NCBI GenBank assembly: GCA_964016885.1
Contig: OZ024741.1
Location: 61,318,001-61,382,000, forward strand
Reading direction: 5' to 3'
DNA length: 64,000 nt
Source: Eledone cirrhosa
Taxonomy: Eukaryota
A program made the translations under genes and the position numbers. Every line of letters begins with the position of its first letter. Position 1 is the first letter of the stretch. Positions 41,159 through 54,185 of the stretch are shown one piece after another. The notes under the pieces were generated by a model. That model did no database searches. It worked only from the letters and a program-made list of their open reading frames with translations, and was not told where the DNA came from.

Positions 41159-42629
41159 CATTATTATTGTGAATAACCATTCCCCATAAATCTCCTTCTG
41201 TAAATTTTCCAGTCAATTACATCTAAGATGAACTAAGTGAGACTGATATTGTTTCATTCTGTTAACTGGGTTAGCTATAATAAACTTGAAGATCAGGACA
41301 ATAGCATAACAATGTAACATTCTGATATTCAGACATTTTAACAAACCAGAAATGTTGCAATACTAAATGAAGTAGTATTTATTATAAGATATCAAAATTC
41401 ATCATCTTGTAATCTTAATGTCAAATTAGACTTTCCATTTAAAACCATGGCAACAATAACTTGGAAGATTAGTCAACAGATTACTCATATTATATTATTA
41501 TTACTTTACTCCTCCATTTGGCCCTCGTGGCCAATAAAGAAATCATTATTATTTCTTCTTCTTCTCATCATCATCACCATCACCAACACACCACCACCTA
41601 CCATTATCATCATCATCATCCTGATGTTCCTGATGCTCCTTGACATATGGCCCAGAACTTCTTCAGTTCAGGGCTACTCATTTATGGCTCTCTTTATCTG
41701 TCTGTCTTTGTTAGATGGAATAATGTTCTTCTGCTATATGAAATATTTTCTTCTGCAGCATTATTATTATCCTTACTATTATAATGAATGCCAATTAGAC
41801 GAGACTATTGTATTGTATGGTTTCAGTGCAGAGAAGAATACAAATGAATGTTTTATGAGCAGCATGTGTCATTAACTAGCATTAAACTGCTTCATTTCTA
41901 TATTTCTGTCATAATTTCAGTCATAATTATTCCATTGTTTATATATATATAGCTGAAATATATAAACTTTTGATTCCCAATGATGTATAACATGAAAATT
42001 CAAGAGGCCACCTTTAACATAATCTATTTCTGTTGTAAGACTTTGTATAAGTAAATTATACTTTTTTTTTACTGGTAAACATCTAACTGACAGAGTTACA
42101 GTATTATATCTAGGAGAAATGATACAACAGCAACCAATTTTTTAATGAAATTAAAGCTAACTCTCTAAAACTGTTTGGCCACATCAGATACTCAACTTAT
42201 GGTAGATGGTGAGACAAGATTCTAAGATGGTCTCAATGTCAATCATTGACAGAACTGGTGTCTGTAGGGTATGATATCTGGAAAGAGAAACTGAGGCCAC
42301 CCCAATGGTTGATGGAGAGACCAGATCCTAAAATATATGACAATAAACAGAGGAAAGAGAAACCAAAGACACTCAAATGGCATAAATAATATTTGCGATA
42401 CTTTACTTTATTTAGATATAAATGATATTTTGTAATTATTAAAAATCCCTCCATTTTCTTGATTATTTTTAAAATATTCAAAAATCATAGTCAGTTGCTT
42501 TCATTAGAAATATGGTAAGGAAATGAAAAGATTAAACTGCTTATATCTGCCTAAAAACCTTCCATGACAATTGTATATAAAAACTATTGTTAAGTTATGT
42601 TCCAAATACCAGCATGATAATAAAAGTGA

Positions 42630-43018
42630 TCATGCCATGATTAGGTGGATCTGTGGCACCAAATTGAAAGATGAAACTCCTTTGACCATGCTCCACCAGA
42701 AACTGGGTGTGGATGAGATCACTGCTGTCCTTTGCACACAACGTCTCCATTGGTACGGACATGTATAGTGAGCCACGTCATGCATCAACTCCATCACTCG
42801 CTTGGCAATCCCTGGCACTAGAGATTGCGGCAGACCAAGGAAGACGTGGTTGGAGTGCATGAAGAGTGATTTGTATAAATGGAACTTAGCCAATGTTGAT
42901 ACTATGGACAGAAATTCATGGAGAGCGGCTGTGAGACATTGCCTGGTGTAGCCTACCTTGGAGTCTGGGACAACCGCAGCACCCTAAAGACCAAAAGTGA
43001 ATATGGATGGATGGATGG
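42630..43018 (+). mobile_element. 3' end of another RTE family with a (GGAT)n tail; other old RTE relics ~17640-18000, 31540-31790, 43495-43960, 46980-47175
   Basis: AMIRWICGTKL...RLHWYGHV...GRPRKTW, followed by atggatggatggatgg. Confidence 0.75.
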
Positions 43019-44850
43019 CGTTAGTTATATTACTAAATTCCAAAAAATTCTTGATTTTTTCCAAACTATTGGAAAATCGATCAGTGACTTTCATTAGAAA
43101 TATGTAACAAAATAGTTAATTAATGCTTATCTAAGAATTTTTCAGTTACAAACGTACATTTGCTTGCATAAGCAAAAGATAAACAAATGAAGTTATTTGC
43201 CTACAACCATCTATTATCATTATCATCATGATCATTTAATGTCAGTTCTTTCAAGCATACATGGTTTATGCTGGAATATTTATTTATACAACTGGCAATA
43301 TCAATATATCTAGGTTTTATGTAATAAACCTACAATGAATATAGACAATAATTACATCAGAAAGATATATTGAATAACAATTCTTTATAATATGGCAACA
43401 CAACAATTTAAAAAAAACACATATCAAAGCAATTTGTGTATTTCACCTTCCAAAAAAATTTTGTATGCAACAATATCCAATTTACAATGTCAATACAACA
43501 ACAAGCATTTTAAGGCCATGTTCACTGCTAAAACAGGAGTTATCCCTGCAGGCCTGTGACACATTTTTCCATTTTGCTCTGTCATCTGTATCTCCCTTCA
43601 CCAACTGCCTGGCTTTCATTTCCTCCTCCATCATCTTTAGTTATGTCTTTCTTGATATTCCCTTTTCTCTGTTTACATTCATTTCCATAATTTTTCACAA
43701 CCAGTCACTTTCATCCTTCCTCAACACATAACCCAACCATCTCACTTGATTTCTTTCCACAACATCCCTGGCTCTATTTCTCACAACCAGTAACTTTTAT
43801 CTTTCCTCAATACATGACCCGACCATCTTATTCCAGTTCTCTTCACAACATTCATCATTGGCTCTATTCCCTTCATTCCGCTGCAATCCATTGTTTGTCT
43901 TTCTTTGAATGATACTCCACTCGTCCTCTGGACCATTATCATTTCTGTTCATTCCAGCCATTTATAAAGTCAATATATATATCGTATTTTCTTTTGTATA
44001 ATATGAGAAATTTAGAACTAAAATTAAGAGCAGAAATGGGGGGGAAGAAAACACATTATCAAACATTTTATGGAGCTTAAAAAAATACTCATTTCAAATG
44101 CCAAAAATTACAAATACAATCAATAAGTACTTCCACATAATACTAAACATCTGGTTATTTTACATTCTTAAATGTCACAAGAAACTGAATATTGAAGTGA
44201 AATATATGTGTGAGATTCAGATATTGATGGATAACATGGTACAAGTTTACAAAAAATTTACATAGGCATGGCTGTAAATAAGGAGCCATATTATAGACAA
44301 GGATGGCATATTTTTTTAGCTTCAGAAACAGGGGTAGCTTTATACTCAAGTTATATAATACACAAGGATGTAATCTATTCTGCTTTTGTTTGATAGTTTG
44401 TTTATTTTTAGCTCCCGAAATAGGGTCCGTATTATACACAAAGCAATATGGTACACATAACAACAAACAATAATTTGAGAGAAAGCAAATATAAAACCAA
44501 TTCGTGCAAGAAAAAGTTTGCATGCAACAATATCCATTTTTATAAAGTCAACATATAAAAAGCTAATCATCTTACATTCAATGTGAATGGAAAGAAGTAA
44601 TGAATAAGTAGAGTTAGATAGAAGCTTAGAAAGAAACCAAACAGAAGAATCAGTACTACTTCAGAATCATAAATATTTGCATAATATTTAAAACCATGAT
44701 ATTTATATTTTATATAGACTATTTATTGATTTGTTGACAAATTTATTATTCTTATTTCTTTCTTTTTTCTCCATTGATATTAAGTGTATTTGTTTTTGGG
44801 TAAACATATATTGTATGTGTGTTGTGTGGGTGTATGTGCACACATGTATA

Positions 44851-44900
<50 letters not shown>

Positions 44901-45231
44901 CATGTGAGTGTGTGCATATGTGTGTGTATATATATATATATGTATGTGTGTGTTTGTATCTATATCTCTCTTTATATATATATGTATATGTATGTATAAC
45001 ATCATCATCATTTAACGCTTTTTCCCTGATAGTAAGTGTTTATATATATAAATTTTGAGTATATATATATATATATATTTATATACACACATACATATGT
45101 ATACACATAGATATGCATATATATAGATATGCATATATATATACATACAGATGTGTATATATACATATATATAGATATGCATATATATGCATACATATGT
45201 GTATGTATATATATATATACATACATATGTG

Positions 45232-45271
<40 letters not shown>

Positions 45272-46187
45272 CATACATATGTGTGTGTATATATATATAT
45301 ATATACACACAAATGTGTATATACATATATATATACAATTGTGTATATATACATATACACACACACATACATACACACATATGTGTATATATATAGTCAT
45401 CCATACCACCAATAATAATAAAAATAGATGGCAATAAAATATAAAGCTTCACAGTGGTGCAATATGAGAGGAGCAAGTGCACACCGGAGACTGATTCTTG
45501 TATGATTTATGGTTGGCTTTCGAAAGAATAAAAGTAAAAATCTACCAAAACCAGGGGAACCTTTTATGCAGAAGGATATTATTTTTATTTCACTTGGCTC
45601 ATATCTGTCATACCATATCTTACATATATGTGTGAGTGTGTATACACACATATATACATATACATACACATGTATATATATATATATATAGTTGTATATG
45701 TTTTATCTTGTTCTCAGATCCAATCTCCTTTCACCATAATTTCTAGGTAAAGGGATTTCTCTCTCCCTCACTCACATTGTCTTTTTCATTCTCTTTCTCT
45801 CTCTTCGTCTTTAAGCCCATTTCATCTCCCAGAGCATATTTACAATATATTTCTGATATCTGTTGTTGTTGTTGTTGTTGTTGTTGTTATTCCAGTAGCA
45901 GATAAAGAAATTGCTATTATATTTATTAGTATTATTCTTATTACTACATCTATGAAAACCACCACCACAACTACTGCCAGCATGATAACCACCCCACTCA
46001 CCATGACCACAAACACCAGCAATAGTAGCAGTAGCCATACATACAATACTCAAACATCAATCTTCAATCCAATATTTGGCTTGTCATTCTCAAAAGAAAA
46101 TTTCTTCCTGTCATTTAAAAACTAATTCTTTGGTCACAAAAAAAAAAAATACTGTAGAAATCATAAACCCAAGAATCATTCCTGTTC

Positions 46188-46222
<35 letters not shown>

Positions 46223-46663
46223 GTATACATCATCATCATCACCACCAACATTTAACATCCATATATATAAATATATATATAAACATACATATACACACAC
46301 ACCCACACACATATATATATATATATAAATATACACACACATGTATATATATATAGATGTAGAAATGTTGAATGCTTCACAATCATTATGGCCTAGGTTC
46401 AATCCCACTACTTAGCATGTGAGGCAAACATTATTTGTCATAGCCTCGGGTTGGCCCATGCTTAGTGAATAAAACTGTGTAGACAGAAATGGCTTCAAAG
46501 CCCAGTGGACAGATTGTACGTGTCATAGTGAATCTCCCCGAGATTTACATTAAGGATACATGTGTCTACAGAATGCTTAGCCACTTACACATTCATTTCA
46601 CATTTGCTCCATTGATTAAATAACTGAAACACTCATTGTCAAAACTGATATAGGTCCAGTCTA

Positions 46664-46852
46664 CGAAGATGGGCTGAAAAGTTCATAGGCTGATTATGAA
46701 GGAGTAATGCTAGAGTTGTGAAATCTTGCATGCCTTAATTTCAACTCTTCTTATTAATAACTGCATTGTATTTTTCCAAAGAAAAATAAATCTCATTGGG
46801 TCATACCATGAGAGTATCTTGGTCAGCCTACGAACTTTTCAGCTGACCCTCG
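46664..46852. mobile_element. Mariner-derived MITE (~190 bp)
   Basis: TIRs cgaagatgggctgaaaagttcataggctga and tcagcctacgaacttttcagctgaccctcg. Left TA present. Confidence 0.75.
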
Positions 46853-47329
46853 TTTATAAATAATACAGCAGCAATCCATATCTAAAACAGATTGTTTGGT
46901 TGGTTGTTTTGTGGTTTCTTTTAATATTTCTATCGATATTTTATATGGCATCAAGGAGCCGAGAGAAAAACTATATATTTAGAGAAATCAGGTGCATTGT
47001 GCCAGAGAGAAGATTGGAATCATATGGATACATAATGCGTATGGATGATAATTTGGGGGTGAGAAATGCCAAATGATACAGTTGGAAGTAAGCTGCAGTA
47101 GAAGAAACCCAGGGAAAATATTTATGTCCATTTTATCCGACTATACCATGCTAGCGTTAAACGATGATGATGATTTATCATGCCTTGTCAACTCTGTGAG
47201 GTTCAGTACTTTGAGATCAACTCTCACCATTTCTACCCAGGTTATCTTCAATCTTCCCCTTTTACATTTTCCTTTCATTGGCACTTTTTCACCCAATGAT
47301 CATCACCATCCATGAGCACAATCTTCTAT

Positions 47330-47374
<45 letters not shown>

Positions 47375-47512
47375 AGTGTAATTTACTACACAAAACGAAG
47401 GTTATAGAGAAAATTGAGGTTGGTAATGGCACATGGAATATATAAGAGACAGAATACTTTTTTGTGAAAAAACATATAATTTTATAAGGTAAGGAAATAA
47501 TAAAGGGTATAA

Positions 47513-47560
47513 AAAATGACCGGTTTCGATGGGTTTGCAAAAGCCATCTTTTCAAATGTT
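47513..47560 (-). ncRNA. Hammerhead with a U3-A8 core variant (mutated plus-strand copy 53089-53136)
   Basis: aacat-TTGAAAA-gatgg-[11 nt]-ccatc-GAAA-ccgg-TC-atttt. Confidence 0.6.
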
Positions 47561-47920
47561 GATTAATATTAAGAAAAATTAATAATAAGAAGAGTTAAAA
47601 TTTGAGATTTGAAAATTCAAGTATAAAATTCATTGTGGGATTTCACAGTAGTTTTCATCTTGGTAGCAGCTCGTTTAGCAGCTCGTTGACTGCTGGGTCC
47701 CTTTCTGGTAGTGAATGAGAATGTTATTTGGGGGTGTGGGTTATTTTATAAAGGTCGCTGGAAGGAGCAATGGCCAGATGGCCAGCTGCTGGTCAGTGAG
47801 GGGGTGGAAGCAATATACATACATATATCTTCCTGTGGTAGGTAGGAGAGGGGAGATTGATAGAAAGGGATTTAGTGCACTTACACCTATATATACACAC
47901 ATACCTTCATCCACACATAC

Positions 47921-47951
<31 letters not shown>

Positions 47952-47960
47952 CACATATAT

Positions 47961-48012
<52 letters not shown>

Positions 48013-48316
48013 ATACATATACACACGTACATACACACACACATACATATATATACACACACATACACACACACATATATGCACATACACACACATATAT
48101 ATATATACACACACACACACATATATATACATACACATACATCCAGATACACACATTTATTATTTCCTTACCTTATAAAATTATGTTTTTTCACAAAAAA
48201 GTATTCTGTCTCTTATATATTCCATGTGCCATTACCAACCTCAATTTTCTCTATAACCTTCGTTTTGTGTAGTAAATTACACTTTTCATATATACTAACC
48301 TACGCAAATCCGGAAA

Positions 48317-49642
48317 ATGGCACTGGAACAAGACAACACAACTTCAAACTCCAATATAAATGAGGAAATCCTGAAAATCCTAAAAGCGATAAATGGAAAA
48401 CTCACCATTCTGACAAAAAAACAGGATATACCCCAAACCACCACACCGACTGACAACCAAATTTATTTAAACGTTCAAAACGTATGCAACTCCATCGAAA
48501 AACTTATGAATACCAACACAGAACAGACGACATTGCTCCATATCAAAAACCAAATGGGACACCTCTGGAAAAAACATCTAAAAACCAGAAAATTCACTTT
48601 CTGGAATATGATAAAAAACCTCAACAAAGCTGGAATTTACCAAAAATGGATTAACTCAACACCGATAGTTTTACCACGTAAATTCCCAATAAAGCATATT
48701 ACAAACGAACCTGAACCAGAAAGAAAACTCTGTGAACAAATGTCACTCAACAGGATAAACATGGAAATAGAACTCCTAAAATTAAGGGCCACCTCCAACG
48801 AGCAAGAGTATGAGGATACTGATAAAAATATGGAGGAAGAATGCACTAAAAAGGCCGAGGGAACAACCCTACAAAATTTAATCAAATCGTTGAAATAGGA
48901 CTGCGAGAATGCAGAAATTATTTCCCTTAAACGGTGGGAAAAATCCGAAAACTGGTTCCTCAAATATGAAGAAGACTTTAAAAGGACGCACCAAACAGGT
49001 AACCCCTTTATAAAGCATTTGAACATAACAAGAACTACAACAGACACATTTACACCACCAAACCCAACACACACTAACCACAGGCACATCCCCCACCAAC
49101 ACAAACCAAATACGGCCAACTACACCAAAAGAAACACACCCAACCACCACAACACAGGTTTCCGTAGAAATGCCCCCTACATAAACCAACGACGAAATAA
49201 CATAGATCCAACTCACAACACACACACCACATTCCTCAGAAGAAATCCACCCAGACCACTTGAAATCACAACAGAACTTACCCACAACCACACCAGACAT
49301 CACCCTCAATCCAACAAAAGACAACCCCCCAACCTCAACACTCTGTACCACAGAAATAACGCACCCAGACCACATGAACCAACAACAGAACCCTTGCTCA
49401 TCAACAACCACAACACATACCACCCCCACCATCACATTCACCCTCATGAAACAACAAGCTACAGACCCACACGCAACAGACCAACAAAATATAACCACAC
49501 ACAAAACTACATTCCTTTTTTAGGGAAAAGCCTGAAATACCAGGATACTCGATGCCCCCCCCCCCCCCCCTCAGGAGAAACCAAAAATAATCAACCTCTC
49601 AAAGACACCCCTAACCAACACACAAATCAACATTTTAAGTAA
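48317..49642 (+). pseudogene. PLE upstream ORF1 (~440 codons; helical N-half, N/T/H/P/R-rich C-half) with one internal TAG
   Basis: ORFs 48317-48898 and 49019-49642 are in the same frame and are separated only by TAG at 48896-48898. Confidence 0.7.
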
Positions 49643-51825
49643 GGGCCTGAAATTTACACCTACACCACGTAAACCCAACTTCCCCGAAATGAAAGATGAC
49701 ATCATGGAATACTGCCGAAAGCTGCGACTAACGGAATTCTTCCACAACGACACCAACACTGAAGACGAATCACTGGTTAGAAATAAAAGCAATTTCTGCC
49801 CACAAAAGGGAAGAAATAAAGCACTGGACACGTACTGCGAACACATCACCAACTTTCCCTATGAAAAAATTACAAATAAACACACGAAATCAAACCTATC
49901 TACACACGAATGGGAAGAATTATTCACACTTAGAAACAACCCTGAGATAACTATCAAAGAAGCCGATAAAGGCAGTACTGTTGTGATTATGAATACGGAC
50001 TACTATAGGACCCTCGCACTTAACATTTTAGAAAACAACACATACTATGAAAAAACAGAAAACTACAAACACACCAAAACAATGGGGAACCTTTTGACCT
50101 TACTGAATAAATACCGCAACAGCTTAACCACAAAAGAGTTTAACTATATAAGCCACTTCAAATGCAATACAAGCTCTTTTTACGGCTTACCGAAACTCCA
50201 CAAATGTAAACCCATAAACGATGCATGTGACACCTCAACCAACAATTACATTGAACTAACACCACCAGAAGACCTAAAACTCAGGCCAATTATAGCAGGC
50301 CCTACATGTGAAACCCACAGACTTAGCAACTTTCTGGACATCCTACTGAAACCCTTTCTACAACATATACAGAGCTACATACGAGATGACCTTGACATGC
50401 TGAAACACCTCCCTAAAACAGTAAGTGCAAATACAATTCTTGTCTCCTTTGACGTAATAAACCTCTACACAAACATACCCCACAACTATGGAATAACAGC
50501 AGTCCAATACTGGCTTAACACACACCCAGCAGAAATACCGACACACATCAACAAAGATTTTATCACTGACGGACTCCGCTTTATCCTACAAAATAACTAC
50601 TTCACATTCAATGGTTCAACATACAGACAAGTATCAGGTACGGCAATGGGCACGAAAGTAGCACCCACATATGCCAACCTAGTCATGGGATTCCATGAAC
50701 AACAAATATACAGTCAGTCCCTTCTCTTATTTGGAGACTCTTTCCACACACACCTCAAAGCCAATTGGAAAAGATATCTAGACGACTGCTTTATCCTATG
50801 GCAAGAAGACATCAACTCACTTACTATGTTTAAAAACATGATAAACAACATAGATAATAACATACAATTCACAATGGAATCCAATCCCAAGGAATTAGCC
50901 TTCTTGGATATTCTCATCTCTGTAATAGACGGGAAATTAGATACAGATATATTCTATAAACCCACAGATTCCAAGCAATACATCAAGTCACCCAAAACAT
51001 ACAAAACTTAACATTCCTTACAATTTGGCCAAACGTATATGTACCATAGTATCAGATCCACCTAAACGGGAGCAAAGACTAAAGGAACTAAAATACACCC
51101 TTATCTTAAGAGCCTTTCCACTTGAAATAATCAACAATGGAATAGACAGGGCAAAACACCTAAATCCCCATCAACTTAACAATCCAAAACAGAAAACCAC
51201 ACTCAACACCCTGCCATATGTATCCACTTTCAACCCCAGAAATACCGAAATGTTTGATCACCTATACAAAAACCTCCCCATCCTACTTAAAGATGTAAAA
51301 ATGAAGTCTATTCTTGAAACACACAAGATCCTTAAAAGTAAAAGACAACCCAAATCACTAAAACGCATTCTCACTGGACCAAATATACCCAAACCAATCC
51401 TCAACCCTACAGTTACCAAATGTGGTAGAACAAACTGTGGAACGTGCCTCTACCTCACTGAAGGACAAAAATTTACATTTAAAGATGGCCAAACATTTAC
51501 AGTAAAAAACAATTTCACCTGCTACTCGGAGAACTTGATTTACGCAATAACTTGCGGTGGGTGCAAACACAACTACATAGGACAGACGGGCACCTCATTA
51601 CGCAAAAGAATGACCATCCACCGCCAACAAATCCGGGACGCTAGCACAAGAAAAATCCCCTTGAGCAGCCATATTGCGAACTGCGCAGGAATGACACTAC
51701 CCAACTTTAAAATCTTCCCCTTCTACAAGTGCTCAGATTCGTTCACACAGCAACAAAGAATAAACAAAGAAAATCTATTCCTTAACAAATTTAAACCAAA
51801 ACTAAACGGGTTATCACCCCAATAG
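49572..51825 (+). pseudogene. PLE ORF2: RT + Cys-rich linker + GIY-YIG endonuclease; one frameshift near 50990
   Basis: KIINLS..LSKGLKFTP, IKEADKG, FYGLPKLHK, LRPII, SFDVINLYTNIP, GTAMG, RYLDD, FLD, YKPTD, CGRTNCGTC, LIYAITC...YIGQT..R. Confidence 0.93.
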
Positions 51826-52267
51826 AATTGTCATAAAATATAAACACACATACGCACGGAGTGACAGATATATGTGTTTGTAGGTGTGCATGTATATAAT
51901 TATCACTACTATTAAAGACCAGAGACCAATTCTGTAGAATCAGGTTTATTCGTTGACAGACCATGCCTTTGTGTGACCAACACATCCATGTTAAACCCTG
52001 CACGTGCACACACATATATCTCTATATATATGCGCACACAGAATTCACCACTGTCGGTTGCGGGGCCCAATCTACATGAAGAACTCAATGTGATCAGAAT
52101 GACTTGTATTTTAATTTCACTGTCCTAACTTCTTATATTATGGAAAAAATATATGTGTATGTATGTATATATATATATTTGGAGGCCATTTCTCTGTGTG
52201 TGGGTGTATGTATGTGTATATATGTGTGTGTGTGTGTGTATGTGTGTGCATGTGGATGTATGTATTG

Positions 52268-52314
<47 letters not shown>

Positions 52315-52509
52315 GTGTATCTGGATGTATGTGTGTATCTGGATGTATGCGTATGTGTATATATATATATGTGTGTGTGTGTGTATATATATGTGTGTGT
52401 GTGTTTGTATGTGTGTATGTATATATATGTGTGTGTATATGTATGTGTGGGGGTGTGTGTGTATATATATGTGTATGTATGTGTGTATATATGTGTATGT
52501 ACACATATG

Positions 52510-52562
<53 letters not shown>

Positions 52563-52642
52563 GTGTGTGTATGTGCATATATGTGTGTGTGTGTATGTGT
52601 GTGTATATATATGTATGTGTGTATGTACGTGTGTATATGTAT

Positions 52643-52700
<58 letters not shown>

Positions 52701-53395
52701 ATATATGTGTATGTATATGTATATGTATGTATGTGTGGATGAAGGTATGTGTGTATATATAGGTGTAAGTGCACTAAATCCCTTTCTATCAATCTCCCCT
52801 CTCCTACCTACCACAGGAAGATATATGTATGTATATTGCTTCCACCCCCTCACTGACCAGCAGCTGGCCATCTGGCCATTGCTCCATCCAGCAACCTTTA
52901 TAAAATAACCCACACCCCCAAATAACATTCTCATTCACTACCAGAAAGGGACCCAGCAGTCAACGAGCTGCTAAACGAGCTGCTACCAAGATGAAAACTA
53001 CTGTGAAATCCCACAATGAATTTTATACTTGAATTTTCAAATCTCAAATTTGAACTCTTCTTATTATTAATTTTTCTTAATATTAAACAACATTTGAAAA
53101 GATGGCTTTTGCAGACCCATCAAAACCGGCCATTTTTTATACCCTTTATTATTTCCTTACCTTATAAAATTATATGTTTTTTCACAAAAAAGTATTCTGT
53201 CTCTTATATATTCCATGTGCCATTACCAACCTCAATTTTCTCTCTATATATATATATATATATCGTGTCTATAGTCTGCCTTTCATAGGTTATAGATTCC
53301 ATACACTGGTGGGTTTTCCCTGTTTTATTGATAGCGCTCTGTATATCTCTCTCTGGTGTGTTAACTTTTCAACATATTGTATATATATATATATA

Positions 53396-53920
53396 CTAGA
53401 CCACCTGTGACCCATTGGGTCACGTTCACTTAAAAATATATTTTTTAAATCATGTTCATATAAAAATAATTTCTAAATAATTAAAATATACACAGACATG
53501 TATATAATGTAAAATGAAATTGGAAGGCCCATATATATGTGTGTGTGTGTGTGTGACCTACATGCACTGGTCACAGATATACACACATACACACATATAT
53601 ATGATGATGATGATGATATACACACACACTTAGAAACCCTTCTTATTTATCAGGATACAGTAATGCTGTTTTTGATTCTTTGAAGTTATAATTTCATTCA
53701 ACAACACCATTTCCTTCTGTCTCCTTTTCTCTCTTTCAACTACTATCTCTTTCTCTCTCTCTCTCTCTATTTATGAAGGTACCCAGAAAGTATCTCAAGA
53801 ACCCATGCTCTGATTTATATGAAACTTTATTCCATTTCAGGAGCAATTTCCCATTATGCGCCGTTTTGGCTGTAATTAAATTACAGACAAGACACAATCA
53901 CAAAGTTTTAGTAGTGTATT
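53396..53920 (-). mobile_element. Probable non-autonomous Helitron (3' end clear, 5' end approximate)
   Basis: On the minus strand, hairpin gtgaccca-a-tgggtcac then aggtggt-CTAG-T (53396-53423). Confidence 0.5.
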
Positions 53921-53940
53921 TATATATATATATATATATA

Positions 53941-54158
53941 TAGGAACGAGTAGGACCCCAACGGCTGAGCTCAAGCCGTTTCGACAGCTAATTCTGGACT
54001 AAAAAAAAAAATTAAAAAAAGTCCAGAATTAGCCGTCGAAACGGCTTGAGCTCAGCCGTCAGGGTCCTACTTGTTCCTATTACCCACTCTACTACCCTAA
54101 GTATTGAGTACTTTGGTGCGTTATGGTCCACCTGGTTCCTTACCACATTTCCTCCGTT
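53941..54158 (+). mobile_element. Short PLE-type element with a 60 bp inverted arm and the 3' half of a hammerhead
   Basis: 53941-54000 mirrors 54020-54080 across an A-rich spacer. GAAA-cggct-tgagctc-agccg-TC at 54038-54060. Confidence 0.6.
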
Positions 54159-54185
54159 ATATATATATATATATATATAATCTTA

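Larger units (their letters stand above)
47368..53242 (+). mobile_element. Near full-length Neptune-like PLE: inverted pLTR arm, partial direct pLTR, ORF1, RT-EN ORF2, microsatellite-containing 3' UTR/pLTR
   Basis: 47368-48155 mirrors the 3' UTR/pLTR (~52310-53242, microsatellite length differs). 48156-48252 directly repeats 53145-53242. (TA)n flanks. Confidence 0.93.
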
